A stretch of 64,000 nt of DNA from the human T2T-CHM13v2.0 reference genome, Homo sapiens (GCF_009914755.1 NC_060931.1), one strand, 5' to 3'; positions 1-14,080 are shown, numbered from the stretch's first letter. Numbers and translations: made by a program. The notes: a model not told the origin generated them from the letters alone.

Positions 1-725
1 AAAAACAATGTTGTAAGTGTAATACTATAATTGAACTGCATTAAACTTTAATGAACTTGAATTGACAGCAGAGGAAAAAAATGATCTAATGTGTATTTCT
101 GAAAATTCTTTCTCATTACCTTGAAATCCTATAAGACAATCTAAAGCATGTTTTATAAGAATTTGGTGAGAATGGAGTGGGGAAAGAGGAAACTATAGTT
201 CTCTTATGTATGTATTGGAAGACATTTAATTACTGAATTTTAGAATTTACTGGCCAAAAGATTAGCAGAGAGGAGCTGTCTATAGGTATTTTTTCAAGAA
301 AGGCAAATTCACATTGACAAGCCCCTAATTTCTGTCAAGTGCTATACCAGATAGACTCATTCACACTTAGTAACTCATTTTTTCCTCATCTTAACCTTAT
401 CAGAAACACTTTCTGGGGTGAAATGTAAACTCCAGGAAAGGTTTACAGCAGCTTCATTTTGTTTCTATGGTGCCAAGCTCTCATGTAATGATATCACAGG
501 AAACAAAGAGATTGAGAGAGTAAGGAGCCAAACTTTTAGTAGAAAAAATAAGCTTAAGTGTTGCCCTCTCTGTAATTTGCTCTCTTGAAACCTTCTGTTG
601 GTCTTTTCCTTTCTGAGAGTTCTCCTTTTCTCTTGGACTACTTCTTTCTTTCCCATAAGTCAACAATTTTTGAAGCTGCATTCTATATTGCAGAACTCCA
701 AACACCAACCAAGGTTAGGCTCAGG

Positions 726-1800
726 GGACAAATGGGATCTAATTAAACTAAAAAGATTCTGCACATCAAAAGAAACTATGAACAGAATAAACAGCTAAAG
801 AGGTTCTGCATAGCAAAAAAATCTATGAACAGAATAAACAGACAACCTACAGAATGAGAGAAAATATTTCTAATTATGCATTTGACCAAGGTCTAATATC
901 CAGAATCTATGAGGAACTTAAACAAATTAACAAGAAAAAAAACAAATAGCCCCATTAAAAAGTGGGCAAAGGACATGAACAGACTTCTTTTCAAAAGAAG
1001 ATAAACATGTGACCAACATGCATATGAAAAAATCCTCAACATAACTCATCATTAGAGAAATGCAAATCAAAACCACAATGAGATACCATCTCATACCAGT
1101 TAGAATGGCTATCATAAAAATTCAAAAATAAGAGATGCTGGCAACGTTGTGGAGAAAAGGAAACACTTATTCACTGGTGAGTAGGAATGTGAATTAGTTC
1201 AGCCATTGTGGAAAGCAGTTTGGAGATTTCTCAAAGAACTTAAAACAGAACTACCATTTGACCCAGTGATTCCATTATTGGGTATATACCCAAAGGAAAT
1301 AAATTATTATATCATAAAGACACATGTACATGTATGTTCATCACAGCATTATTCATAATAGTAAAGACATGGAATCAACATAAATGCCTATCAATGGTAG
1401 ACTGGTTAAACAAAAAGTGGTACACACATGCCATGGAATACTAGACAGCCATAAAAAGAATGAGATCATGTCCTTTTTCAGCAATATGGATGAAGCTGGA
1501 GGCCATTATCCTAAGTGCACTAACATAGGAACACAAAACCAAATATCGCATGTTCTCACTTATAAGTGGAAGCTTTGAGTACAAGTGGACACGAAGAAAA
1601 GAACAACAGATACTGGGGCTTATTTGAGGGTGGAGAATGGGAGGAGGGTGAGATTCAAAAAACTACCTATCAGGCACTGTGCTACTGTGCTTATTACCTG
1701 GGTGATGAAATAATCTGTACACTAAACCCCCATGACACACAATTTACTTATATAACAAACCTGCACCTGCACCCCTGAAACTAAAATAAAAGTTATAAAA
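726..1800 (+). mobile_element. 5'-truncated LINE-1 (end of ORF2 plus 3' UTR), old primate L1PA15/16-like
   Basis: Contains L1 ORF2 3' motifs (aaatgcaaatcaaaaccacaatgagataccatctcataccagttagaatggct). The 3' UTR ends acaaacctgcac...aaaataaaagttataaaa. The antisense ORF 927..1115 ([20 protein letters not shown]-type) is the usual L1 antisense translation. Confidence 0.93.
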
Positions 1801-1856
1801 AGACTACTAGATCTATCTCTAATCACTTCTAATATTTTTGGTTACAGTGAACTATA

Positions 1857-2359
1857 CAGTATTTTTCAGGTTTGTCCAGAGAAACATAACAAATAAGAAA
1901 CATAACAAATATCTATATCTATAGATAAACACACACATTTTGTGAGAAATTGGCTCATGCAATTTTGGATGCTGAGAAGTCCCATGATCTGCAGTTTGCA
2001 ATTGGAAACTCAAGAAATCTGACAATGTAATTCTAGTTCAAGTCTGAAGCCTAATAAGCAGGGGAGCTGATGGTGTATATCCTGGTAGAAGGCAGGAGAA
2101 GACAGGTTCAGCTCAAGCAGGCAGGTAGTAAAATTAAAAATAAAAATAAGGTAATTTCTCCTTCTTTTACCATTTTGTTCTATTCAGGCCATCAACAGAT
2201 TGGATAGTACCACCCACATTGGAGAAGATAATCTAATTTACTGAGTAAATTCAAATGCAAATCTCATCCAGAAACACCCTTATAAACACACCTTGAAATA
2301 ATGTTTAATCTGAGCACACTGGGTTGTAGTCAAGTTGACACATAAAATTGACTATCACA
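1857..2359 (-). mobile_element. MLT2-family (ERVL) solo LTR, decayed
   Basis: Contains gagaaattggctcatgcaattttggatgctgagaagtcccatgatctgc and ends caagttgacacataaaattgactatcaca, the reverse complement of the MLT2 start. Confidence 0.8.
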
Positions 2360-2658
2360 TATGCCACATGTTAGTACAGGTGTGATGTTCATGGACAGTT
2401 GCAAGATCTCAAATGTGCTGAAAACTAAAATAGTCATTTAACTATATACTGAAAGTTTCCAAAGCCTAGAATATACATATACACATTCATTACTTACATA
2501 TACTAATTAAAGCTACAAGTGACATCAACCAGAGAGAGGCTTAAAACAATAAGTACTAGACTTGGCTGAACATTAGAATCACTTAATGATTTTTTTAAAA
2601 AAATGTAGATGCCCAGATTACACCTAAAACAATTAAATCAGAATCTCTGAGGGAGATT

Positions 2659-2832
2659 GATATGGTTTGGCTCTGTGTCCCCACCCAAATCTTATTTTGA
2701 ATTGTAACCTCACATGTCAAGAGAGGGACCTGGTTGGAGGTGACTGGATCATGGGGGCTGTTTCCTCCGTGCTGTTCTTGTGATAGTGAGTGAGTTCTCA
2801 TGAGGTCTGATGGTCTAAAAGTGGCACTTCCT
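2659..2832 (+). mobile_element. MST/THE1 (MaLR) LTR 5' fragment
   Basis: Begins tgatatggtttggctctgtgtccccacccaaatct and continues through gttctcatgaggtctgatgg. Similarity stops near 2832. Confidence 0.85.
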
Positions 2833-3974
2833 ATTTTGCTCTCATCTTGCCTAAATATTTTTGCCTTATTTTTAGCCATTTCTATAAAAGTAATGTGTCT
2901 TTATTAATAAACTAGCCTTAAGAATACAGTAAAGCTTTAAGTGTTTTTTCAATTCAAAGGATTTCAAAGTAATCATTTTTTATTAATTAAACCTTTCACC
3001 ATCTATAAAATGATATGTGATTAGTGTTAAAAAATGTTTAGACTGAAAAAACAGACAAAAAAATATGACGAGTCTGACAAAAAGCTTATCAAGTCTCATG
3101 TAGGAATCTCAATTCCACTACCTACAGAGAATAGCTTATTTTCTTTGATATTTCTTAAAAAAAAAAAAAAAAACACTCAAAATGACCTTTATCTGTGTTT
3201 CCAGAATCAACTCACTTTATTCTCTATTTCATTTATTAAGAAACTGCCAATTGAGTGCCTATTATGTTCCAGGCACTATTTTGTATTATATATCTAGAGG
3301 TAAAAAGAGATGAAAGGTCCTTCATCCAGTGGGATTACAATCTAATGGAAATGACCTATCATGAACAAAAACTACACATACAGGTGTTACATTCCTATTC
3401 CCCACCCCAACCCCTGATTCATGGCTAGAAGAAATTCAGAGGATGCTGTTGGCTTTCTTTTGTTATATGCAGCTGAAACTGATCCTAATACATGTAGTAA
3501 ACAAAACAAATATAAGAAGGGATGATGGAGAAAAAAAAGAGGGAAAGTGTTTCAAGGTAGCCAAAACAGTCAAAGTAATTACGGAACAGATATGAAATAT
3601 TCAGTCCTACCAAAATGAAGATATTTGAGAAGGACTGACTGTATTTCTGCTGATGCTGGTGATAGCTATGGCCAAAAACTTATGGTTAGCTGACTTTGTT
3701 GTTATTCTGAATGCATTCCCTGGTATAAGGTGGTATAAAAAATGTGTATTATCTAATAAATACAAGCCAAATCTTTTGAGAAAATGGATTCTTCCACTGA
3801 AAATCCAGATTAATCCTACTATAAAGAAAAGTCGTGTTGGACTTGAAGATATCAGATAAGTAATTCTTAAGCCTAAGCCTCTGAAGATATCATATCTGCA
3901 TTATTTTGAGGTAAACTATTTTCATTATTATACTAGTCAGCTCAGACAGCTCTAAAAAATCTTACTGATTATCA

Positions 3975-4160
3975 AATAGTGATAAAAGTATGTCTAAGTC
4001 TTCTATAGTTATGGATTTGTCTATTTCTCCTTAGGTCTGTCAATTTTTGCTTTATAAATTTTGGAGCTATGTTATTAGGTGCAAACAAATTTAAGATTAT
4101 AGTCAATTCCTTTATGAATTATTATTCTTTATTCCCAGTAATGATTCTTTCTTTAAAATC
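3975..4160 (-). mobile_element. Old L1M ORF2 fragment
   Basis: gatttgtctatttctcctt...tttttgctttataaattttggagctatgttattaggtgca resembles antisense L1M endonuclease-region sequence. Confidence 0.6.
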
Positions 4161-4164
4161 TCCT

Positions 4165-4568
4165 TTTTCACAGATCATTTACTTTGGAAAACATGCAACC
4201 TTTCTCTCCTGTGAGATGAAATCTTCTCCCAACTTTTTGCCAGTTTTATAACCCCGGGAATGTCTTTTTCAAGGACCTGGGAGTCATCCCTTTGAAATGC
4301 AATCATCAAGAAAAATAGTGCTCCAGTTTCTGTGAGAGGTTATGAGTCTAACTTCATATTTGGCAATTAGCAAACACAGATGGCCTAATCCCAGTGATTA
4401 ACCTCCCTCACTTACTCTCCCAGTACTTTTCCACTAGCTCAAGCAGCACCTAAAAATTCCCAAGCCTTTTATTTCAGTGGTTGAGTTCAATCTCTATCCC
4501 CTATTACAATAGTCTTGGATAAAGTCTTACTTGCCTGCTTAACTTTCGAGTGCAATTTTTCTTTGACA
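4165..4568 (+). mobile_element. ERV1 solo LTR fragment, MER34/MER39-like
   Basis: Contains caaggacctgggagtcatccctttgaaatgcaatcatcaag and aattagcaaacacagatggcctaatc. A polyA-signal-like gataaa precedes the terminus tttttctttgaca. Confidence 0.7.
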
Positions 4569-7234
4569 GTTCAAAATAAAGGCATGAGAATAATCTATAA
4601 TATATACGCAAACCATGGCAAATCCTGTGTTATTATCTTGCTGAACAGGACATTTGATAGCTGTCAGAGGTATAAAAAGTTTTAATTTATTTTTAAATCC
4701 CAAGAGAAAAGTGATGCTAGAAGAATGAGAATGGGACAGATGAGAGAAAGGATACCATGGAACTGAAATTTTCTCCTTCACTTTCAGGAGTACACTGAGT
4801 AATAATCAATTATGCCAGAAAGGGAAACTAGGTAACTTTACTCAGGGATCAGAAGGAAAATTCACAAACATATAAGAATTGTTTTTCACAACATGGTTTT
4901 TTATATGGTCTATTATGACATAACAATGCTTATTACCTTTAACATTAAATGATTTTTAAAACGAAATTACTTGTAAATGAAAATCTTCTGAACTTTTCTA
5001 TAAAAGATATTAATAAAAAAGACTTCATGCTCTTGCTTGTTTCTTAGATCAAAAAGTAAGACTAGTTTGACCTTCATATGACTATAACATTATTTGTTTA
5101 AAAGGGCTTTATTGAATGAGAGGAGTATCCCTTTTGCTGCTTCTTTTTTCCTGCTCTATATTTTGTCCCCACACCACAAACACGCATTTATTTATCCAAA
5201 AGGGAAAAAAATGAAAGTAATAAAATAGAGATAAGATGAAAACTATATTTTATCACTTAATTTTCTTGTTATTCAAGATAAAATACAACAGGCAAACAAG
5301 CTTCAAGTTAAATATTAAAAATGCTACAAACCAATAACTTATCATTCTTTTAAGAGACAGAAATTGCTGAGGAGCTTTTGATATTTTAATGGAAAAAATA
5401 AATCTAACATGACCATGATTTAGAAAATATTTCCACAAAATAGTATTCAGTAAATGATTCTACATAACCTCACATTCGTCATAAGGCATGGCTATTTTCT
5501 TAGGCATAATTAAATGCCACCTCAACAAACAATCTTATTTACTAAACTGCCTTTTTTGGGTCAGGTTTCATTTTAGCAGTGAGGTACATCCCAATTTCTC
5601 CCTTATAAGAAGCTGTATTTTCACTTTTCCATTTATCTACGAGCCTTGTGGATGAATAAGTGAATTATCTTCTCTGCTTCTAATTTTTAAATTGTCATTT
5701 CCGTTTCCCAACTAAATTATCAAAAATTATTACATGTCTCCCCAAAGTCCTTCAATGTGTATCTCACATTTGCTCAAATAAACATGTGAGGAAAATCCTC
5801 ATGAAAGTACATGATTTTTCGTTCCTTTAAATCATGTTTTTAAAAGTTAACTGCTTGATGTAAAGACCAATTTCAATTTTTTAATCTTTATTCCCATTTT
5901 GCTTGGCACAAAAATAAAAATAAAAGGGTACCCAGTCTATGTTAGAGTAAATTAACTTTGTTCTGTTCCATTCTCCAATTACTTTCTCAGTGTTAAACTC
6001 TCAACACTTAAACTGGTAATTAATTGGTTTTCCTACAGGAATGCTGCTGTTGAAGAAATGACTTTCAGAAGAAATTATAAGCAGTGAATGTGCTCATAGA
6101 AACTATTCAGAAATATTTAACAACTATCATTTGATCAGAAAAGTTCCTAAAGTGGGTTTATTAGTGTTACTAGTATTTCAGCATTGAGGTTAGTGGCTGA
6201 CATTAATAAAGAGATGCCCGAGAATGATTATGAACCTAGCTGGAGGCAAGTTTGCTACTGGGACAACAGTAATCTCAGCACTACATTATTGGCTAGGGAA
6301 GTAGGACAGTAACATTCAAGAGGTTGAAGTAGGTCTCTTTTTTATTTGTGCTTAATGAAGCCATCAGCTATAATCTAGTAGCACAGGACTGCCTTTTGTA
6401 TGTTGTCTTCCATTGTATAAAGTGGCACTCATTGAGGAAAGGGTTTAAAGAGAATTCCTTAATAGGAGACAAAACTAATGCAAATAGAATTTGTTTACTT
6501 GTACAGGATTTTTTTTCATATTCAATAAGACTCCAAAACAGGGTATCTGTATTCTACTTTAAACTGAATTACATTGGCATATCTTAGAGACATGACCTAA
6601 ACAGACTTTTCAAAGTGGTGATATATAAACTACACAAAATCACTGTAGTACCACATATTAGACATCATAGGACAAGACTTGAAATTTTTATACAACCCAA
6701 GGAATACTGCACTATAAATTAGGTTCACTCTCTTTGTCATAGATGTGATGTGGAAATATACTATTAGGCATTGGCCTCAGAAATAGAATATAGTCACAAC
6801 ACATGAGAAACAAGGGCGTGGAGAAATGACCCTTTTAGAATACATAAGAAAAATGTGAGTGGTAACTTCGGAGAAAATTTACATGTAAGTTTGTAGCATA
6901 TCCACTTAGAGTAAGCTCAATGTCACAAGACATTTGATACTATTGTAATTAATCACAGTTATTAGTAATCAGAATGCCAGATGGATTTCCCAGAGAATTT
7001 CAACCCTCATTCCAGGCCTTAGGAAGCCCGAAGTATTTCTTATTCTTCTGAAAATCCACTTGGAGCTTATTCTATAGTTTTATTCATTGGCATAGCTGGC
7101 AATATAATAATATTGCTTATCACATCAACTGAATTATGACTCATTCTTCCTATCACCCAAAATGTTCCATTTCTTTCATGCACCAAGCTCTTTACCACAT
7201 CATCATTTGTGCACATGCTAGTCCTTCTGCCTAG

Positions 7235-7703
7235 TGTGACGACTTGAATTCTCCACCTATCAGTCCCCTAGATATGCCCATGCCCTAACCCTTAGGACCA
7301 GCAAAGTGTCCCTTCTTTTTAAAGGAGGTTTAGCAGATATAATTCAGAATCTCAAAATAATTCATCTTGGATTTAGGATGGGTCCTAAAAATGACAGGTT
7401 TCTTAAAAGTGAAAGGTAGAGGGAGACTTGAAACACAGAGATACTCAGGGCAGAAGACACTGTGAAGATGGAGGCTGAGACTGGAGTGATATATCTACAA
7501 ACCAAGGAACATCAGGCTGCCCAAACTGCAGGCTGCTACTGGTGAGGCATGGACCCCATTCTCCCTCACAGCCTCCAAAGATAACCAACACTGCTTACAC
7601 ATTCCTGTGGGATGTCTAACCTCCAGAATTGTGGAAGAATGCATTTCTGTTGTTTCAAGCCATCAGGTTTGTAGTTGTTACGGCAGTGCTAAGAAACTAA
7701 TAG
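7235..7703 (+). mobile_element. MLT1 (MaLR) solo LTR, MLT1B/C-like, inserted in probable L2 remnants
   Basis: Contains tgtgaagatggaggctgagactggagtgat and cctccagaattgtggaagaatgcatttctgttgtttcaagcc. Ends gaaactaataga. Confidence 0.85.
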
Positions 7704-9739
7704 AGTGGGACACTTTCTCTCTCTTCATGGATAGTCTTTGCTTCAGGTCTCTGTGGAAAAACTTCCTTCTCAGAGTGGCTTTCCTTAACCATACCATTAA
7801 AATAGATCGCTTAATTGATTATTCACTATCACTGACTCTGTTCATTTTTACAGCATTCATTACAGTTATAACTACATATTTACCTATTATTTCCTGACTT
7901 CCACACTCTATGACCTCAACAAAACTCTACAAAATCTCTTTTTGTTTTCTTTCTTTCACTGAACATAGTTTATCCAGCAACTTGTACATGCTTAACACAT
8001 AACTGGGCTCAACAATTGTTGTTGAATACATAAATGTACTAATACATGAATGTTACCTATGAAATTCAGCCCATTTCTGCTTTAAAAATTAACAATAAAA
8101 ATAAAGCACACCTAGAGCATTCACAAGCATAGTGGAATTTCCATCACTAAAGAGTGATGGAAGGCAAGAGAGACGGATTATGTCATCTACTACGCAGCAC
8201 CAAAAAATCTTAAATCTTAGATATTTGTGCTGCTAAAAATCAAATTATGCCATTTTAAAATTAGATAAAATACAGAGTGCCATCCTGCTGGGTGTATACA
8301 GACCAGAAGGAAATTTAGTTGGGAAAATACTTGTTGTTCCAAATTCTGGTGTTTTATTACAATCAAAGAAGAGGAAAGCAAGATCTTCTTTGCCTTCAAA
8401 CTCTATTTTAGATTTGGTTCTGTTTTATCAATTTAATTCAACACTTCCACATAGATGTTTTTATATTACATGAATTTAATAATACACTAAACTTATTTTT
8501 GTCTCCTATTATTGAAAAGTACCAAAGCTCCTTTCTGTTTTGTTTGATTTTACTGTAGAGTTTTGCTTTTTCTAGAGATACTTTTCATTTAACAGCTTTT
8601 GTTAAGTGTCAGGCTCCACTTTGTTCCATGTAATTATTGTTTTCAGATTTCAATTTGTATGTTTGTCTCTTAAGGCATTGGTGAAATCTCAGATTTTATA
8701 TTAATTATAAAGGAGAATAAATTCTAGAAGACACATATTCCAAAAATGGAGTGTTTGTTCCCTACCATTTTTCACACCTCTCTGAATTTTAGTTCTGTTT
8801 AGTTGGGAGGCTGTGATTTTACTTTCATCTGTGAACCTCATGCATGAAAGTGGCACATTAAATTGTAAAAATACAAACAGATCGTGTGATCATTCCAGGA
8901 GCCAGGCATGAGGTCCTGCATGAAAGTGTTGGGAGGTCACCACAGATTCATCTCAGACAGTGATAAGTATCAAGGATGGAGTTAAATCACTCAGCCCCTG
9001 GGTTGGGTGAGGTGATTCAAATGGATGACTGTGTGGTCTCCTGAGTACAGTGAAGCGACAGGCTGGTGGCTATGTTCCCCAAATTGGATGCAGAAAACAA
9101 GGGCAGAGTGGCTTCGACCCCTATTACCTTTGAAGCAGCCACGTCAGAAAGCAGAAGAAAACAACATTTCTGAAGGCATTTTCCAAGGTTGATCTCATCA
9201 CTGAACGATTTCAAGCCTTAAGCACCAGGACAGGAGGGTGGAGGAAGGGATCAGAGGGAACAGGCTGTAGGTTTGCAAAAATGTGTGAAACCATGAAATC
9301 AGAAAAGCCAAATGACTACTGCGTACTTGTGACTCAAATCTTCAGTTTTCCTAGTTCTTCTAGAAATACAAGTCAGGTTAGTTTGTTTATCCTTTCTGTC
9401 AGCATGGATCAAGCCCCTAAAATGTGGTAAGTATTGTCAGAGCAGGACAATATCTTACTCTCAAGTGTGAGGGGAACAGAAACAAAGCAGCAGTTTTAGC
9501 CAGGGGTCAATGATAGACTGGAGGTAAATTAATAGCCTCCAGGCTGTGATTCACCATTTGGAACATTATACGTAATGTTTTTTGTTATTACATTATATGT
9601 AATTTTTTCTTGTAAGCTGTTTGAATTTTTCAAAAATTTCATACATGCAATGGAATATAGATATATACACATATAATATAGATGCTAAAGTATATATCTA
9701 TATAAAGTATAAAGAGTAATAATAATAATAATAAACAAA

Positions 9740-10510
9740 CCCCTGTGTGCCTACCACCCACCTTATTGTCTTTCCTTTGAGGTACCATGTGCTCTTTCCT
9801 GAACCTGTCTTTATCCCTGTTTGACAGATGGAACCCCTTTACTAAACTTTGTGTTGATCATAGCCTTCTTGTCCTTCATCACTTTATCTCCATGTATGTA
9901 TCCTTAAAGAATAATAAATGGAATTAAACTGAATGTATTCTTCTGTCACCTTTTTTTACATTCATTGCCGTAGGAGTTTTTTCACTACTAAATATTATTC
10001 TATTATGAGTATATCACAAATGTTCTCTTCTCCAGCTGGCGCTTATTGAGTTGCATCTTTGTTTGAAATAGAAAAATGCAATGTTGCTGTGAACATTCTT
10101 TTATGTGACTTCTGGTGGTACATACCAGAGAATGGATGTATACCTTGAACAGAATTGCTGGTTTGTACAACAAAAGCACATCATCAGCTTTAATAGATAT
10201 GGCCAAATTGCTTTCCCAAGTACTAATTTATGCTCCCCACCAGTATACTAGAATTTCCAGGGCTCTAGATCTTTACCAATGTTTGAGATTGTCAGAGATG
10301 CATTTTTGCCAAGCTGGGGAGTATAAAATGTTACCTCATTGTGGTTTCATTTTGTAAATTTTTTATGATTAGTAAGTTGAACATGTTTTATTATGGGAAA
10401 TCTTATTTCTTCCTCTTGGCAATCCGTCTTCATGTCTTTTGTCTTTCTTCCTATTGGGTTGTGTTTTAATTATTAACTTTTAAAGTTTCTTTATATTTAA
10501 TCTTTTATTG
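9740..10510 (-). mobile_element. Highly decayed L1M (L1ME-like) 3' fragment
   Basis: Antisense L1-like motifs: gctgtgaacattctttt, aattgctggtt, ccaaattgctttcccaag, ctcattgtggtttcatt, cctattgggttg. Confidence 0.6.
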
Positions 10511-12390
10511 GTCAACATTTATTTAATCATTAAAGTGAAGGGAAACCAGATTTAGAGTAGAAAAATCTTCTGAGGCCATGTTGAGAAACATGCTAAGCAT
10601 TTGAATCTTTATTTGGAGAAAATAAAGTTAAATACATTTTTAAAAAACTTAGACATTTCTTTTCTCAAAATTCCTTCTGGTCATGTGACAACTATAGGTT
10701 TCTCTTGACCCTTCCCCCATGCAGTGCTTGGTCTCATACTTTCTCCCTGACTCATTTCCTTTCTAGCCCTCTCACTATTATGACTCCCCCTTCCTTCTTG
10801 GGTAGAGAAAGGAGTTCTCTAATCTTAACCCTAAACACAGGTACCCAGGGTGTCACCTCCTAAGACATTTTCTCCTTGTTTTAAAACATTTAAAGAGTGC
10901 TTTTTTACACATCAGTGACTGTTCTGTTAAGAAAAATACATATATTTAAAACTTAGAAATAAGGCAAAGCAAAAGCAGAATATCCTGTCAGTTTTACGGT
11001 AGAGCATTGTTACATTATTTGATTATTTAATTATATAAAAAATGCACCTATGATTATTTATAATTAATTTTAAAATTATTATTAATCAAAAGGAGGTAAG
11101 TTGCAACTTAACTTGTAGCTTTTTGTATGATTGAGATGCAAGCACTTTCTGTTCAGTAGCAAAGACAATCCCAAACTGTTACAGGCCATTGCCCTGGAAG
11201 GCATTAAGCAGTCACATACCTAACCTAGCCATCATTCCCCAACAATCTTTCTCTAGTGCCTGTATAGCTTTCTGCCTATAATTCTCCTTAGCACCAGCTT
11301 GATCATTCTGCCAGCTCCCTCATTAATTAGTTGAATAAATTCTTGGCATATGTTCATCCTATGTTTTTATGAGAGTCATACAATGAGCTTTTTAAAATGA
11401 AAGTCTAGCTTTAGAAACACTAACTAACCGAATTCTTATCAAGGTATTTTTTTAAGAACTAACATTTTCCTTCTCTAACCTGAATTACACTGCCAGCTTT
11501 TGGGATATTCCCTTAATAGCTTTTACCCCCCACACCACTTAACACATGGCATAAAAGATTTTAAAACAATACAAAAAATAAATACTACATAGGGTTTGCC
11601 TTTGTTTTACTTCTAAGCAGTAGATAAAAATTTCTGAACATTCTGTCATTTTTTTCTAATTAAAGTCGAAATTATTGTTTTTGAAAAAGCAGTCACATAA
11701 AGTCCAGAAAACTGTTCTCTCATTCACACTAAAACTGTATTACTAAAGAAAACCATAAGAAAGACAAAGGGAGATAGTGAAAATGCCTACATTCCTCATG
11801 ATGCTGCTTCTCATTTCTGTAGTACCCACAGCTAAGGTTATCTTTGGCCAGCAGGTCTCTGTGGCAATGGTACTAGGCCAGGAAAAGAATGTATGGCATA
11901 GCACCTTCTTTATCTACTTTTGGGAGCATCACGAGAGCATCAAGCCAAAATAATGTCAAGGAAAGCCATTCATAGGTTTATGACAATCTGCTTTAACAAC
12001 CATGGATATCATTTTAATTGGAATGGTCATAAGCAAAACCTAAGCTCTCCATGTTATATGCACATGTACTACACATCTGTATATAAACACATATCAACAC
12101 ACATGCATACATTTATATTATAGCAGTCATTTTAATGCATAGTTATATCAATCTACCATATACTGTGAATTTTACTTTTAATTAGATTTGGTTGCAGAAA
12201 AGGTACTTCAAATAATCTTACCAATGAGTTAGAATTTTTAATGTATGCATCAAGGTGACACACATGAAAATATCTATAATCCCTCACTTAGCAGTGTTCT
12301 TAAGATCATGGGGACATCTATAAAATGTGATATTATAGTAATATAGTATTAGGATATCAGATAAAGAGATGGCATTATTACCAAATGATA

Positions 12391-12412
12391 GTGTGTGTGT
12401 GTGTGTGTGTGT
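12391..12412. repeat. (GT)11 microsatellite
   Basis: Direct reading of the gt dinucleotide run. Confidence 0.95.
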
Positions 12413-12783
12413 ACTCTGCCACACAGATTACTAAGGATAAAATTTTAAAATTGCTATAAAATATATTTTGTAGTTTTCTTGAAACATGCTTACATTCACG
12501 CATTACTTAATATGTAAAATAAATTTATTTTACCTTTCACAGTTTCACATATAATTGTAGGTTATTCACTGAACAGAAAGCATATAAAATATGGCAGATA
12601 TAGAATATATGATATTTTACTCTTTACTAAAGAGGTTGTGTAGGCAGAAAAAACAGAAGGCAAAGTTTGTTTTATTTTTTTCATTTTATATTTTTATTTG
12701 CTTTAGTGACATTTTGCCTGAACAGTAGTATCATGGAATATTTTGTGTATTTACTCAGAGACCCATTTAAAACTATGCTTTTC

Positions 12784-13197
12784 AGCCAATAAACATATGA
12801 CAAAATGCTGAACATCACGAATGATCAGAGAAATGCAAATTAAAACCACAATGAGATATCATCTTATACCAGTCAGAATGGCTATTACTAAAAAGTCCAC
12901 AAACAACAGATGTTGGCGAGGATGCAGAGAAAGGAAACGCTTATACACTGTTGGTGGAAATGAAAATTAGTACAATCTTTATAGAAATCAGTATGGAGAT
13001 TTCTCAAATAACTAAAACTAGAACTACCATTTGATCCAGAAATCTCACCACTGGCTATATACACAAAAGGGAAAGAAATCATACCAAAATGATACCTACC
13101 TGTACTCATATGTTTATCACAGCACTATTCACAATAGCAAAAATATGAAATCAACCTAAGTGCTCATCAACAGATGATTGGATTAAAAAAGTGGTAT

Positions 13198-13240
<43 letters not shown>

Positions 13241-13574
13241 TACACCATGGATTACTACTCCACTATAGAAAATAATAAAATAATGTCTTTTGCAGAACTG
13301 GAGGCCATTATTCTAAGTGAAACAACTCAGAAACAGAAAGTCAAATACTGTATGTTCTCACACGTAAGTGGGAGCTAAACAATGTGTACACGTGGATATA
13401 CAGATTGGAAAAATAGAAACTGTGGACTCCAAAAGTTGTGAGGGGAATAAAGGTTGAAAAATTACCTATTGATTACAATGTTCACTATTTGGGTGATGTT
13501 TTCAGAATTTACTACTACATAATATATACATGTAACAAAATTGCACTTGTACCCCCTAAATCTATACAAATAAA
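12784..13574 (+). mobile_element. LINE-1 3' end (L1PB/L1MA-like) with internal (CA)n at about 13199-13237
   Basis: Contains agagaaatgcaaattaaaaccacaatgagatatcatctt and agaactaccatttgatccag. The 3' UTR ends catgtaacaaaattgcacttgtaccccctaaatctatacaaataaa. Confidence 0.92.
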
Positions 13575-13988
13575 TGGAAGACATAAAGATAAAATATGTT
13601 TTTTGAAGAAAATTCTTCAAATTTAGAAGACTAAAAATCCATGTACATGAGATTTGTTTTCTAAGTTATAGACTTGCAGCTGCATAAGTGTTCAAATAAG
13701 GAACTAATACATTAGCACAATAGAGACAATTCACCAGAAATGCCAAAAACTAAAAAGAACTCTAAAAAGTAATTATGCACACAAGATACCTGCCAGTAGT
13801 TCCAATCTGGTTTCAATCAACTATATGTTGTTCTATTCCTCATCAACCCCGAAGGTCACCAGTGGCTAAGCAAGACCCACAGGATGCTGCCAACAGGTCT
13901 GAAGGCTTGGTACACAGTAGGAGAAAACAGAGAAGGTGAAAGGAAGATGGGCAAAAAGAAGAGTGTTAAGAGAGAAAGAAGAAGTATT

Positions 13989-14080
13989 TGAGATCCTGCC
14001 ACTGCACTCCAGTCTGGGCAACAGAACAAGATGCTGCCAAAAAAAAAAAAAAAAAGAAGAAGAAGAAGAAGAAAAAAAGA
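13989..14080 (+). mobile_element. Severely 5'-truncated Alu (last ~50 nt of right arm) with A17 tail and (GAA)n
   Basis: gagatcctgccactgcactccagtctgggcaacagaacaaga is followed by poly-A and gaagaagaagaagaagaa. Confidence 0.85.

Noticed and set aside
9403-9426. Plus-strand 24-nt microexon candidate (tttctgtcag|catgg...atgtg|gtaagt)
   Set aside because: The splice signals look good, but there are no supporting neighbouring plus-strand exons or recognisable protein match. Such pairs occur by chance in 64 kb.
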